Shown here one piece after another: positions 9,614 to 21,405 of a DNA stretch of 64,000 nucleotides. Origin of the DNA: Oscillospiraceae bacterium. Lineage in GTDB: Bacteria; Bacillota; Clostridia; Oscillospirales; Acutalibacteraceae. The notes beneath the pieces are model-generated. The model was not told the DNA's origin. It did not search any database and saw only the letters and a list, made by a program, of their open reading frames with translations. The position numbers and the translations under genes were made by a program. Within the stretch, counting starts at the first letter, position 1. Each line of letters begins with the position of its first letter. The stretch covers positions 14,100-78,099 of the forward strand of contig JAVVWP010000004.1 in NCBI GenBank assembly GCA_036652055.1, given 5' to 3'.

Positions 9614-10473
9614 TATTTTTCTCCGAGTAATTCTATAATTTTTTGTGAAAATTCGTCTGCTGTTAATATGTCTTTTGGAATTTTTATTCCTTCTTTAATT
9701 AACATTGCTGATAGCTGCGTTGCAATTGGAACATCAAGACCTACTGATTTTATTAAATCTGACTTTGAAAACACTTCTTTTGGTGTTCCGTCAAGAATAA
9801 CTTTTGCATTATCCATAACTATTACCCTATTTGACAACGCCGCTTCCTCCATAAAATGAGTGATAAAAACTATTGTTATTCCCATTTCACGATTTAGCTT
9901 GAAAATTGTATCTAATACCTCTTGCCGCCCTCTTGGATCAAGCATTGCAGTCGGCTCGTCAAGAACTATACACTTTGGAAGCATTGCAATTATTCCTGCA
10001 ATCGCCACTCTCTGCTTTTGACCGCCTGATAGCTTGTGTGGCTCGTGACCTCTGAATTCATACATTCCAACAGCTTTAAGAGCATCGTCAACTCTCTGGC
10101 GTATTTCTGCCTGTGGCACGCCCAAATTTTCAGGCCCGAAAGCAACATCTTCTTCAACAATTGTTGCTACTATTTGATTGTCAGGATTTTGAAAGACAAC
10201 GCCAACAGTTTTTCTAATGTCATAAGATAAATCCTCATTTGAGGTATCCATTCCATCAACTATTACTTTTCCGCTTTCAGGAATTAAAATCGAATTTGAA
10301 AGCTTTGCAAGCGTTGATTTTCCCGAACCATTATGACCTAAAATAGCTACAAAATCGCCTTTTTTTATATTAATGCTAACATCATTTACAGCAAGTGGGA
10401 GCTTTTTTTCGCCCTCATCTTCCTCATAACGATAGCATACATTTTGAAATTCAATTATATTTTCGTTTGGCAT
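9613..10473 (-). CDS. ecfA1: ECF transporter ATPase A1
   Basis: Walker [10 protein letters not shown], signature LSGGQKQR, Walker B CIVLDEPT. There is a 1-nt start/stop overlap with ecfA2. Confidence 0.85.
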   Translation of the reverse strand: MPNENIIEFQNVCYRYEEDEGEKKLPLAVNDVSINIKKGDFVAILGHNGSGKSTLAKLSNSILIPESGKVIVDGMDTSNEDLSYDIRKTVGVVFQNPDNQIVATIVEEDVAFGPENLGVPQAEIRQRVDDALKAVGMYEFRGHEPHKLSGGQKQRVAIAGIIAMLPKCIVLDEPTAMLDPRGRQEVLDTIFKLNREMGITIVFITHFMEEAALSNRVIVMDNAKVILDGTPKEVFSKSDLIKSVGLDVPIATQLSAMLIKEGIKIPKDILTADEFSQKIIELLGEK

Positions 10474-10510
10474 AATTTGTTTCCTTAATTCTTTTTTTGT
10501 ATCTATTTTA

Positions 10511-11374
10511 TTATCTTTCCCAAATGGCTGATGAACCGCAAGGGAGTATCATTCCTGAATTTGTAACAGGAAGTCCTATTTCATCGCTTGTAACATTTCC
10601 GCCAAACTGCGGACATATTGCAGAACCTAAAATGTATTGCATAACCGCTGGCGAAAGCCCCGTTGTATATGAATTTATTAATACCATTAATGGATTATCT
10701 GAAAGCACATCTTTACAAAGCTCAACAAAATTGTAAACTTCATTTTCAAGCTTCCAAATTTCGCCATTCGGGCCTCTGCCATATGACGGTGGATCCATAA
10801 TAATTATGTCATATTTATTGCCACGCCTTATTTCTCTTGCAACAAATTTTGCACAATCGTCAACAATCCAGCGAACAGGCATATTTGCAACACCTGAAGA
10901 TGCTGCATTCTCTTTTGCCCATTGAACCATTCCCTTTGAAGCGTCAACATGAACTACCTCTGCACCTGCTTTTAGTGCCGCTATTGTCGCTCCACCTGTA
11001 TAAGCAAAAAGATTTAAAACTTTTACTTTTCTGCCTGCATTTTTGATAAGGTTTGAAGTATATTCCCAATTAACCGCTTGCTCTGGGAAAATACCTGTAT
11101 GTTTAAATCCCATTGTTTTAACATTAAATGTAAGCTCATTGAATTTTATGCTCCAAAAATCGGGAATTTTATTAAGCAATTCCCAATTTCCGCCGCCCTC
11201 TTTTGAACGGTGATATATTGCATCAGGCTTTTTCCAAAGAGGATGCTTTTTTGGTGTATTCCAAATAACCTGCGGATCAGGTCTAATTAAAGTTATATTG
11301 CCCCAACGCTCAAGCCTTTGACCGCTGCTGCAATCAAGAAGTTCATAGTCTTTCCAGTCGTTTGTATATCTCAT
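10511..11374 (-). CDS. class I SAM-dependent methyltransferase (RlmI/YwbD-like catalytic domain, no PUA domain)
   Basis: [19 protein letters not shown] (SAM motif I) and [12 protein letters not shown] (motif IV, DPP). Confidence 0.7.
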   Translation of the reverse strand: MRYTNDWKDYELLDCSSGQRLERWGNITLIRPDPQVIWNTPKKHPLWKKPDAIYHRSKEGGGNWELLNKIPDFWSIKFNELTFNVKTMGFKHTGIFPEQAVNWEYTSNLIKNAGRKVKVLNLFAYTGGATIAALKAGAEVVHVDASKGMVQWAKENAASSGVANMPVRWIVDDCAKFVAREIRRGNKYDIIIMDPPSYGRGPNGEIWKLENEVYNFVELCKDVLSDNPLMVLINSYTTGLSPAVMQYILGSAICPQFGGNVTSDEIGLPVTNSGMILPCGSSAIWER

Positions 11375-11397
11375 TATTATGGTAATTCCTTTCAGCT

Positions 11398-12441
11398 TTA
11401 AACATCTAATCTTTGCTGCTCATTTTCAGGTATATTAGGATTTTTTATTCCTAAATGCTCATAAGCAAGCGAAGTTACCACTCTACCACGAGGTGTTTTT
11501 GAAATGAAACCTATTTGCATAAGATACGGCTCATAAACATCTTCGATAGTAATAGATTCTTCACCGATTGTCGCAGCTATTGTTTCAAGACCAACTGGAC
11601 CTCCATTGTAATTTTTAATCATTGAAGTGAGCAACAATCTATCGATTAAATCAAGACCTAAATGGTCAATTTCCATTCTGCCAAGTGCTATTTTTGCATT
11701 GTCTTCAGTTATTACGCCATTTCCCATTACCTCTGCAAAATCCCTTGCTCTTTTTAAAAGTCTGTTGGCAATTCGTGGCGTTCCTCGAGAGCGTGATGCT
11801 ATTTCGTTTGCACCATTTTCATCAATTGCTATTCCTAAAATGCCTGCACTTCGCTTTACTATTTGGCAAAGCTGCTCTGGCGTATACATCTCAAGCCTTG
11901 AAATAACTCCAAATCTATCACGAAGTGGTGCAGTTAACTGCCCTGCTCTTGTTGTTGCACCAACTAATGTGAATTTCGGTAAATCAAGCCTAATAGAGCG
12001 TGCCGATGGCCCTTTACCGATAATAATATCGAGAGCATTATCTTCCATTGCTGGGTATAAAACTTCCTCAACACTTCTTGAAAGACGATGAATTTCATCA
12101 ATAAACAATACATCACCATCACAAAGGTTAGTAAGAAGTGCTGCTAAATCACCTGGCTTTTCGATTGCAGGGCCAGAAGTAATTCGCATTTGAACGCCCA
12201 TTTCATTGGCAATTATGCCTGCAAGAGTAGTTTTTCCAAGACCAGGAGGGCCATATAACAAAACATGGTCAAGAACCTCGCCTCTACCCTTTGCGGCTTC
12301 TATATATATTTTTAAGTTTTCCTTAACTTTTTCTTGCCCGATATATTCATTTATAGTATGAGGGCGAAGTGAAACTTCAATGTCTGCATCCTCATTTGTA
12401 AAATCGGGAGTTGTTATTCTGTTTTCGTTTTCTTCATCCAT
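11398..12441 (-). CDS. ruvB: Holliday junction branch migration ATPase RuvB
   Basis: [19 protein letters not shown], and a RuvB C-terminal winged helix. I prefer the ATG at 12441 (AAAGGAAA upstream). The track start at 12459 is a GTG. Confidence 0.92.
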   Translation of the reverse strand: MDEENENRITTPDFTNEDADIEVSLRPHTINEYIGQEKVKENLKIYIEAAKGRGEVLDHVLLYGPPGLGKTTLAGIIANEMGVQMRITSGPAIEKPGDLAALLTNLCDGDVLFIDEIHRLSRSVEEVLYPAMEDNALDIIIGKGPSARSIRLDLPKFTLVGATTRAGQLTAPLRDRFGVISRLEMYTPEQLCQIVKRSAGILGIAIDENGANEIASRSRGTPRIANRLLKRARDFAEVMGNGVITEDNAKIALGRMEIDHLGLDLIDRLLLTSMIKNYNGGPVGLETIAATIGEESITIEDVYEPYLMQIGFISKTPRGRVVTSLAYEHLGIKNPNIPENEQQRLDV

Positions 12442-12471
12442 AATAGAATTTCCTTTCACTTTTTCCCGATA

Positions 12472-13080
12472 TTATAACTGCTTTGCAAGTAGTTTTAAGC
12501 CTTGCTTTATTAAATCTTCAACTGAAAGTTCTCTGTCAAGCCTTGAAACTGCGACAGATGCCTCTGATTGAGAATACCCAAGCATTGTAAGTGCGCTGAT
12601 AGCCTCGCCACTGTTACCACCTTGTGACGCCATTCCCGCAAGCTCAATTTCAGGAGTTGATGCACTAAGGTCAAGACCTTTTGCAAGCTTGTCTTTAAGC
12701 TCTAAGACCACTCTGTTTGCAATCTTTGGCCCTACGCCCTGTGCTTTTGTGATTGCCTTGCTATCACCTGTTGCTATACTTAAAATCAGCTTTTCAGGTG
12801 GAAGCTCTGAAAGAATTGCAAGCCCTGCTTTTGGGCCTACGCCTGAAACTGTTGTTAAAAGTTTAAAACATTCAAGCTCTTGTTCATCATAAAATCCATA
12901 TAAATCAAGTGCGTCCTCACGAACATTCAAATATGTGTAAAGCGTAATTGTAATTCCTTTTTCGGCTACTTTTTTTAATGTGGTAGCAGTAGTTGAGCAT
13001 TTGAATGCAACGCCTGAACAATCAACCGCTATGTTCTGCGAATCAAAATATACTACCTTGCCTGTAATAGAATAAAACAT
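12472..13080 (-). CDS. ruvA: Holliday junction DNA helicase subunit RuvA
   Basis: MFYSITGKV.. OB-fold N-terminus and the HhH pairs SVSGVGPKAGLAIL and AQGVGPKIANRVVLEL. Confidence 0.88.
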   Translation of the reverse strand: MFYSITGKVVYFDSQNIAVDCSGVAFKCSTTATTLKKVAEKGITITLYTYLNVREDALDLYGFYDEQELECFKLLTTVSGVGPKAGLAILSELPPEKLILSIATGDSKAITKAQGVGPKIANRVVLELKDKLAKGLDLSASTPEIELAGMASQGGNSGEAISALTMLGYSQSEASVAVSRLDRELSVEDLIKQGLKLLAKQL

Positions 13081-13104
13081 TGTTTTCCCTCGTTTTTATG
13101 TATT

Positions 13105-13614
13105 TTAAATCTTATATTTTTCTGAATTGAGTTTTCCCATTAATGAGCCACTTGAATGAGCATGGCAAATTGCCATTGCAAGGGCGTCTGCTGTATCATC
13201 GGGCTTTGGAATTTTATCTAAATTTAGAATTACCTTTGTCATTTCTTGAACTTGCTTTTTTTCAGCTCTGCCATAGCCCACAACACTTTGTTTAACCTGC
13301 AAAGGAGTATATTCAAACGCCTCTACTCTATTTTTTTGAGCAGCAAGCATAACAACCCCTCTTGCCTGTGCAACATCTATAACTGTTTTTGCATTGGTAT
13401 TATAGAAAAGTTTTTCTATTGCCATTGCCTTTGGAGAATATTTTTTCATTAAAGCGTCAAGCTCATCATAAATAATTTCAATTCTTCGATTAAAATTCAT
13501 TCCGGCAGGCGTAGTAACAGCACCAAAATCAAGCACTGTAAATTTATTTGCAATATAGTTTATAACGCCAAAGCCAACAATTGCATAACCTGGATCTATT
13601 CCCAAAATTATCAT
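13105..13614 (-). CDS. ruvC: crossover junction endodeoxyribonuclease RuvC
   Basis: MIILGIDPGYAIVGFGV.., AIEKLFYN.., DALAMAICHA motifs, 169 aa. Confidence 0.88.
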   Translation of the reverse strand: MIILGIDPGYAIVGFGVINYIANKFTVLDFGAVTTPAGMNFNRRIEIIYDELDALMKKYSPKAMAIEKLFYNTNAKTVIDVAQARGVVMLAAQKNRVEAFEYTPLQVKQSVVGYGRAEKKQVQEMTKVILNLDKIPKPDDTADALAMAICHAHSSGSLMGKLNSEKYKI

Positions 13615-13740
13615 ATTATTTCCTTTTTAATAAAAATTATTATTAAGAAATTTTACCACATATTGAGTTAAATATCAAGGAAAACAGAATATAAAGAAGG
13701 AGCTGCCCACATTAATAAGTGAAACAGCTCATAGTTATAA

Positions 13741-15072
13741 TTATTTTAGAATATATTTTTCGCTTTTAGAATTTTTGTTTTTATTAAAAAGTTTATTGCG
13801 TTCAGAAATCGCAGTAGCGTCATATGTTTCTTTATGCTTTGACGCAACTCGCTTTGTCGCTTCAATAAGCCCAAGTGCTATCATAAAATACATAAGTTCT
13901 TTTGGTGATTGCAATGTATATTCAAACATTGATATTGAAATAAATCCACTAATCATTGATAAATATGCAATTGAAATTCGTTTCCACCAACCGCCACATT
14001 TGAAGATTTTGAAGATGTCAATAAAAATCAAAACAAATACAGATAACAACATTATTAATCCAACAAAGCCTAATTCTGTTGTCATTTCTATAAATAAATT
14101 GTGTGCATGTGGATATGGAATGCTTTTTTCTGCTAAAATAGCGGCTACATTTTCAGTTCCTGCACCAAGCCCTAAAATTGGCCTTTTACCGATTGACTCA
14201 AAGCAAGTGTCCCAAATTGCAAATCTAAATACAGTTGATTCATCTATAAAGGAATCAAACTTTCGCCTTTCTCTAATAACAATAGGTAAAATTCCAGACG
14301 AAACAAGCGAAACTAAAAGCATAGTAATAGCTGTCTTTTTACCAAGGAAAGTAAGCATAATCAGAGAAACAACAACCGCAATTGCAGCACCCCTTGAATA
14401 TGTAAAGAGAATTCCAAGGAAAATAAACACGGTTGCCGTTGTGGCTAAAATTTTTCGCTTTTTTGTACTTGCATAAAAACAAAGGAAAATTGAAAGTGGC
14501 ATTACTATTATTAAAAATGTCGCCAAAATCAAAGGATTGTCAAAAGTTCCTGAAGCTCTGTCTATTATGTATGTGCCTTGAATTTCAAAAGGCAAAACTT
14601 TAAAGATTAAATTGTTAAGATGTGTATAAATTGGGTTTGGGAAAAAATTTTGAAGGTCTATTGCAAGAAAAGACATTTGAAGAACAGCACACAGGCCCGC
14701 ACCTGCTCCTGACGCTGAAAGGCAAAGCAATATGTTTTCAATTTTCTTTTTTGTATCAACAGAATTTGCAACAATTAAATAGCCTAAAAACATTCCCATC
14801 CATAAAAGCGAAATGGCTGCTGAATAAATTCTCGTCTTTGACCAAACCATAGAAGAAAGCATAAAACACATAAAGACAAAAAAAGTTTTTCCTTGTTTCC
14901 CCATTACTACTTTTCTACCAATGTGTGACCAATTCTTTTTAAATATCGGAAAAAAGAAAAGAATTAAAAATGGCGCAATATACTCTGGTAGCAATCCACC
15001 AATAAATGCTGTAAGCATTAAAAATTTGTCATATTTATTGTATTCTTTATTTGTAAAAATATCGGGAACCAA
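13741..15072 (-). CDS. O-antigen ligase (Wzy_C/WaaL-like) family membrane protein
   Basis: 443 aa with about 10-12 TM segments. The YSRGAAIAVVVSLIML segment and the following loop are typical of the Wzy_C domain. The start is uncertain (TTG at 15072). Confidence 0.55.
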   Translation of the reverse strand: MVPDIFTNKEYNKYDKFLMLTAFIGGLLPEYIAPFLILFFFPIFKKNWSHIGRKVVMGKQGKTFFVFMCFMLSSMVWSKTRIYSAAISLLWMGMFLGYLIVANSVDTKKKIENILLCLSASGAGAGLCAVLQMSFLAIDLQNFFPNPIYTHLNNLIFKVLPFEIQGTYIIDRASGTFDNPLILATFLIIVMPLSIFLCFYASTKKRKILATTATVFIFLGILFTYSRGAAIAVVVSLIMLTFLGKKTAITMLLVSLVSSGILPIVIRERRKFDSFIDESTVFRFAIWDTCFESIGKRPILGLGAGTENVAAILAEKSIPYPHAHNLFIEMTTELGFVGLIMLLSVFVLIFIDIFKIFKCGGWWKRISIAYLSMISGFISISMFEYTLQSPKELMYFMIALGLIEATKRVASKHKETYDATAISERNKLFNKNKNSKSEKYILK

Positions 15073-15225
15073 ATGCTCCCCCCCTAATATTGTTATATAT
15101 ACTTATCTAACCAATTTATGTATAATATCATATTTCTTATAAAAATACAATAAGATTAGCAAGTTATAATAAATTTGTAATATTTATGAAATTTATTACT
15201 AATTTATGAATTTTTTAAAAAAGCC

Positions 15226-15253
15226 TTGATTTTTTCTGTAAATAGGCTAAAAT
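15226..15253 (+). promoter_or_regulatory. sigma-A-type promoter of groESL
   Basis: TTGATT (15226-15231), 16-nt spacer, TAAAAT (15248-15253), directly upstream of the CIRCE operator. Confidence 0.5.
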
Positions 15254-15258
15254 ATATA

Positions 15259-15285
15259 TTAGCACTCAAGGCATAGGAGTGCTAA
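15259..15285 (+). promoter_or_regulatory. CIRCE operator (HrcA binding site)
   Basis: Perfect TTAGCACTC-N9-GAGTGCTAA inverted repeat 35 nt upstream of the groES start. Confidence 0.93.
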
Positions 15286-15320
15286 TATATTATCTTAATT
15301 ATCTTTTAGGAGGAATTTAT

Positions 15321-15605
15321 ATGACCATTAAACCATTAGCTGACCGAGTTGTTTTGAAAGCAATTGAACTTGAAGAAACAACAAAAAGCGGTATCATTCT
15401 TGCTGCATCAGCTCAAGAAAAGCCCCAAGTTGCTGAGGTTGTCGCAGTTGGTCCAGGCGGAGTTGTTGACGGAAAAGAAGTTACTATGTATGTTAATGTT
15501 GGCGACAGAGTAATTACCGGCAAATACTCAGGCACTGAGGTTAAACTCGACAAAGATGAATTTATTATAGTTCGTCAAGCAGATATTTTAGCAATTGTTG
15601 AATAA
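15321..15605 (+). CDS. groES: co-chaperonin GroES
   Basis: MTIKPLADRVVLK... 94 aa, with AGGAGG 7 nt upstream. The ORF-track start at 15279 lies inside the CIRCE element. Confidence 0.95.
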   Translation: MTIKPLADRVVLKAIELEETTKSGIILAASAQEKPQVAEVVAVGPGGVVDGKEVTMYVNVGDRVITGKYSGTEVKLDKDEFIIVRQADILAIVE

Positions 15606-15612
15606 TTTTTAA

Positions 15613-17262
<1,650 letters not shown>

Positions 17263-17288
17263 TAGCTCGATTATGAGTTAAAATTAAA

Positions 17289-17328
17289 ACGCTCTGACTA
17301 AATTTTGGTTTAGTCAGAGCGTTTTTTT
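17289..17328. terminator. bidirectional terminator between groEL and transketolase
   Basis: GCTCTGACTAAA-tttt-GGTTTAGTCAGAGC stem followed by TTTTTTT. Confidence 0.8.
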
Positions 17329-17339
17329 ATTGTTTAAAA

Positions 17340-18287
17340 TTATGCTTTCATTGCTATTGCTTTTTTTGCTTTTTCTGCAATGTTTTTTGCATCAAGACCA
17401 TAAATATGCAAAAGTTCAACAGCTGGACCAGATTTTCCAAAGACATCTTCAACTCCAACACGAACAACAGGAACTGGAACGGTTTCGCAAATCACTTCAC
17501 AAACTGCACCGCCAAGCCCACCGATTATACTATGCTCCTCGGCTGTAACTATTGCACCTGTTTTCTTTGCACTTTCTATTACAAGCTCTCTGTCAATTGG
17601 TTTAATTGTACACATATTAACAACTCTTGCAGAAATGCCTTCGTTTTTAAGCTCTTCTGCTGCCATCATTGCTTCGTTTACCATTAAGCCTGTTGCAATT
17701 ATTGTGACATCAGTTCCCTCGGCAAGGATATTTCCTTTTCCGATTTCAAACTTATAATTTTCATCAAAAACTCTTGGAACTGCTAATCTGCCAAAACGCA
17801 TATATACAGGGCCTTCATGCTCGGCTGCAGCCATTACGCAGAGCCTTGCTTCAATATCGTCAGCCGGATTTAAAATAATCATATTTGGGATTGAACGCAT
17901 AAGCGCAATATCTTCACAGCACTGATGGCTTGCACCATCTTCACCTACTGAAATGCCTGCATGAGTAGCTCCAATTTTTACATTTAAGTTTGTATAAGCA
18001 ATTGAATTTCTAACTTGTTCAAATGCTCTGCCTGCTGCAAACATTGCAAAAGAACTCGCAAATACTGTAAATCCTGTTGCTGCAAGACCTGCTGCAACAC
18101 CCATAAGGTTGCTCTCAGCAATACCTACATCTATAAATTTATTTGGAAATGCTTTTTTGAACATTCCTGTTTTTGTGGCGGCTGCAAGATCGGCATCAAG
18201 AACCAATACCTTATCGTTTTTTTCACCTAATTCAACAAGTGCTTTGCCATAGCCTTCTCTTGTTGCTAATTTAATTATATCTGCCAT
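17340..18287 (-). CDS. transketolase, C-terminal (pyrimidine-binding) subunit
   Basis: 315 aa; FIDVGIAESNLMGVAAGLA and GATHAGISVGEDGASHQ motifs. Confidence 0.85.
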   Translation of the reverse strand: MADIIKLATREGYGKALVELGEKNDKVLVLDADLAAATKTGMFKKAFPNKFIDVGIAESNLMGVAAGLAATGFTVFASSFAMFAAGRAFEQVRNSIAYTNLNVKIGATHAGISVGEDGASHQCCEDIALMRSIPNMIILNPADDIEARLCVMAAAEHEGPVYMRFGRLAVPRVFDENYKFEIGKGNILAEGTDVTIIATGLMVNEAMMAAEELKNEGISARVVNMCTIKPIDRELVIESAKKTGAIVTAEEHSIIGGLGGAVCEVICETVPVPVVRVGVEDVFGKSGPAVELLHIYGLDAKNIAEKAKKAIAMKA

Positions 18288-18292
18288 ATCCC

Positions 18293-19135
18293 TTATGCCT
18301 CCAATTCGTTGAGTTTTTCGCTTAATTCTTTCATTGCTATATTATATTGTTCTTCATTTGGTGCTGTTCCGTGCCAAGCACAAGCATCTTCCATAAAAGA
18401 AACGCCCTTGCCTTTAACAGTTTTCATAACTATTACGGTTGGTTTTCCTTTAGTTTCTTTTGCTTTTTTAACAGCCTTTTCAAGCTCGGTCATACAATGC
18501 CCACAGCACTCAATAACATTCCAGTTAAATGCTGCAAATTTTTCACCTATTGGATATGGTGCATTAACCTCTTCACAAGTACCGTCAATTTGAAGGTTAT
18601 TGTTATCAACAAATGCGAGAAGATTGTCAAGATTTCTATTGCCTGCAAACATTGCTGCTTCCCAAACTTGACCTTCTTCGATTTCGCCATCACCGAGGAT
18701 TGTATAAACTCTATAATCCTTATTTTGAAGCTTTGCTCCAAGTGCCATTCCTACTGCTGCTGAAACACCTTGACCGAGTGAGCCTGTACTCATATCAACG
18801 CCAGGTATCTTGTCCATATTAGGATGCCCTTGAAGATATGAATTGCTCTTTCTAAGTGTTTTTAAATCTTCAACAGGAAAATATCCTTTAAGTGCCAAGG
18901 TTGCATAAAGTGCAGGTGCAGCATGACCTTTTGAAAGAACAAGTCTATCTCTGTTGTCCATTTTTGGATTTTTTGGGTCAACATTCATTTCCACATTATA
19001 AAGATAAGAAAGAACATCGCAAATTGAAAGTGAGCCACCTGGATGCCCCGCCTTTGCATTATACACCCCTTCGATTACGCCCATTCTCGCTTTCGTAGCA
19101 AAAATCTTTAGCCCTTTTTTTGTTTTGTCGTCCAT
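18293..19135 (-). CDS. transketolase, N-terminal (TPP-binding) subunit
   Basis: 280 aa; GHPGGSLS, SKGHAAPALYA and LGDGEIEEGQVWEA TPP-binding motifs. Confidence 0.85.
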   Translation of the reverse strand: MDDKTKKGLKIFATKARMGVIEGVYNAKAGHPGGSLSICDVLSYLYNVEMNVDPKNPKMDNRDRLVLSKGHAAPALYATLALKGYFPVEDLKTLRKSNSYLQGHPNMDKIPGVDMSTGSLGQGVSAAVGMALGAKLQNKDYRVYTILGDGEIEEGQVWEAAMFAGNRNLDNLLAFVDNNNLQIDGTCEEVNAPYPIGEKFAAFNWNVIECCGHCMTELEKAVKKAKETKGKPTVIVMKTVKGKGVSFMEDACAWHGTAPNEEQYNIAMKELSEKLNELEA

Positions 19136-19140
19136 TTTTG

Positions 19141-19983
19141 TTAGTCCTCCTTATAAACATTCATTATATATTGAAGCAAATCTGAAACTGCACCTTTGTT
19201 ACAATGGCACGCTTCAAACTTTGCGATTTCATGCATTCCTTTTGGCGCTTGTTTGCAACAAGCAGGAAGATACACACTTTTTAGCATTTCATAATCATTG
19301 AAATAATCGCCGATAGCCGCAGTGTGTTTATAGTCTACACCTAATATTTCCGCTACCTTCATTACTCCGACACCCTTATGAACTCCGCCATCTAACATTT
19401 CAAATGAGGCAATGGAAGATGACATAAAATTCACATTTGGTGCTTCTATTGATAAAAGATATTTTTTAACTTCGCTTATCAGGTTTGGCATTCCCATAAA
19501 TATAACCTTTGCCCAACCATTAGTAGGCACCTCGCCTATCGTGCAATGCTTTGACGGCGTTTTGTCAACCAAGAGCATTGCTCCTACAAAAAGATGTGCG
19601 TTAATGCAATACATCATATCTTTTGTAACGATTTCAACTTCAACTGATGGAAATTTTTTTATAACTGACTTTGTAAGCAAAACGCCTTCTTCATTTATCT
19701 CTTTGAACCAAAGCATTTTTTCAGTATTATAATCATAAACGCCTGCACCATTAAAAAGTACAACAGGTGTTTTTGAAATTGGTAAGCTTTCAAAGGTTTT
19801 TCGCATTGAATTTGGATTTCTGCCAGAGGCTAATGTGAAGTTTCCCTTTTTTTCAACAACAAACTCTGTTATTGCATCAAGATTTTTCTTTGGCAAATAT
19901 CTTAATTTATTGTTTAATGTTCCGTCAATATCAGTCGCAACCAGCCAATTTGAAAAATCAGTTTTTTGCTTGTTTTCACTCAC
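19141..19983 (-). CDS. HAD-IIB (Cof-type) family hydrolase
   Basis: Motif I ATDIDGTL, and GDYFNDYEM (motif IV) near the C-terminus. There is a 4-nt overlap with rluD. Confidence 0.7.
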   Translation of the reverse strand: MSENKQKTDFSNWLVATDIDGTLNNKLRYLPKKNLDAITEFVVEKKGNFTLASGRNPNSMRKTFESLPISKTPVVLFNGAGVYDYNTEKMLWFKEINEEGVLLTKSVIKKFPSVEVEIVTKDMMYCINAHLFVGAMLLVDKTPSKHCTIGEVPTNGWAKVIFMGMPNLISEVKKYLLSIEAPNVNFMSSSIASFEMLDGGVHKGVGVMKVAEILGVDYKHTAAIGDYFNDYEMLKSVYLPACCKQAPKGMHEIAKFEACHCNKGAVSDLLQYIMNVYKED

Positions 19984-20897
19984 TCGTTTAGCCTCCCTAA
20001 AAATGTCTTAAAATATGGTGGCAAATCACTCTCAAATTCAAGATATTCAGAAGTTCTCGGGTGAACAAATCCAATTAAGCCTGCGTGCAAACACTGACCG
20101 TTTAAGCCATATTCCTCTTTTGCTGGTGTTGAATAAACTGCATCACCTGCAAGAGGGTGACCGAGATATGCCATATGAACTCTTATTTGGTGAGTTCGAC
20201 CAGTTTCTAAAATGCACTTTATATAGGAATATCCTTTATATTCAGTTATAACTTCATAATGAGTAATGGCATTCCTTGAGTTTTTATCAGTTACAGTCAT
20301 TTTTTTCCTGTCATTTGGATTTCTTCCGATAGGTGCAACGACAGTTGCCGACTGCTCTTTTAAATGCCCTCTTACTACCGCCCTGTATTCACGGCGAAAG
20401 CTATGCTCTTTTATCTGCTCTGCTAATGCCTTGTGTGCAAAATCATTTTTAGCTACTATTAAAAGCCCACTTGTATCTTTATCAATTCTATGAACTATTC
20501 CAGGTCTTAAAACGCCATTTATTCCCGAAAGACTGCCCTTGCAATGATAAAGCAGTGCATTTACAAGAGTTTTGTCATAATTACCCGGAGCAGGATGAAC
20601 AACCATTCCTTTTTCTTTGTTGACAACTATTAAATCTTCATCTTCATATATTATGTCAAGCGGAATGTCCTGCGGTTCAACAGAAAGGCTAACTGGCACA
20701 AGCGGTGAATATGAAACTTTATCATCAGTTTTCATCTTGTGATTTTTTGTTATCACTTTGCTATTTACCGTAACATTTCCGTTGTCAATCGTTTTTTGTA
20801 TTAAAGAGCGTGAACACTCAGGAAAAATTATTGATAAGAACTTATCTATTCTTTCCCCTTCGAACTCATTATCGACAAATACTGTAATGTTATTCAT
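19980..20897 (-). CDS. rluD: RluA-family 23S rRNA pseudouridine synthase (RluD-like, with S4 domain)
   Basis: HRIDKDTSGLL catalytic motif, and RTHQIRVH. The ATG at 20897 overlaps the lspA stop (ATGAATAA). The ORF-track start at 20930 lies further upstream, inside lspA. Confidence 0.8.
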   Translation of the reverse strand: MNNITVFVDNEFEGERIDKFLSIIFPECSRSLIQKTIDNGNVTVNSKVITKNHKMKTDDKVSYSPLVPVSLSVEPQDIPLDIIYEDEDLIVVNKEKGMVVHPAPGNYDKTLVNALLYHCKGSLSGINGVLRPGIVHRIDKDTSGLLIVAKNDFAHKALAEQIKEHSFRREYRAVVRGHLKEQSATVVAPIGRNPNDRKKMTVTDKNSRNAITHYEVITEYKGYSYIKCILETGRTHQIRVHMAYLGHPLAGDAVYSTPAKEEYGLNGQCLHAGLIGFVHPRTSEYLEFESDLPPYFKTFLGRLNE

Positions 20898-21390
20898 CGC
20901 TTTTCTCCGAAGAAGCATTAAGCTTTTCATTTTTAGCTGTTTTTATTGTATCATATAAAAGGTAGCCTATTAAAAGCCCCGCCCCTACGGACACTAAAAT
21001 ATCCGCAAAATTAAAAACTGCAAAATTTATAAACAATGGCTCGATATAATCAACTACAAATCCTCTGAAAATTCTGTCAAAAAGATTTGCTGCTCCGCCA
21101 GAAATAATAATCGCAACCGACACATACATAAATCCAAATTTTACCTTTTTAGATAACAAAATATAAATGCCAATAGCTAAAACTACTGCTGTGAAAATTG
21201 ATAAAAGCGTTGTATATTCGCTAAACGAACCAAAGGCAGCCCCTGTATTTTCAACATAAGTAAATTGAAAAAAGTTTTTGATTACAGGAATACTGCCAAT
21301 CGGTTCGAGATATTTAATTACTACTAATTTTATTATCTGGTCTATTGAAACTAAGCCCACCATAACCAGAATGGTGAAGAATTGGAGCAT
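20890..21390 (-). CDS. lspA: lipoprotein signal peptidase II
   Basis: 166 aa, 4 TM, with NTGAAFG and FNFADI motifs. Confidence 0.82.
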   Translation of the reverse strand: MLQFFTILVMVGLVSIDQIIKLVVIKYLEPIGSIPVIKNFFQFTYVENTGAAFGSFSEYTTLLSIFTAVVLAIGIYILLSKKVKFGFMYVSVAIIISGGAANLFDRIFRGFVVDYIEPLFINFAVFNFADILVSVGAGLLIGYLLYDTIKTAKNEKLNASSEKSDE

Positions 21391-21405
21391 TATTTTACCT
21401 CAATA

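Noticed and set aside
13775-14476. Long antisense ORFs in the track (e.g. 13775-14476, 11627-12091, 5184-5564, 45004-45664, 54833-55118)
   Set aside because: All lie fully inside much longer, motif-supported genes on the opposite strand or in another frame. They show shadow-ORF composition (S/L/I/F-rich) and lack SD sequences.
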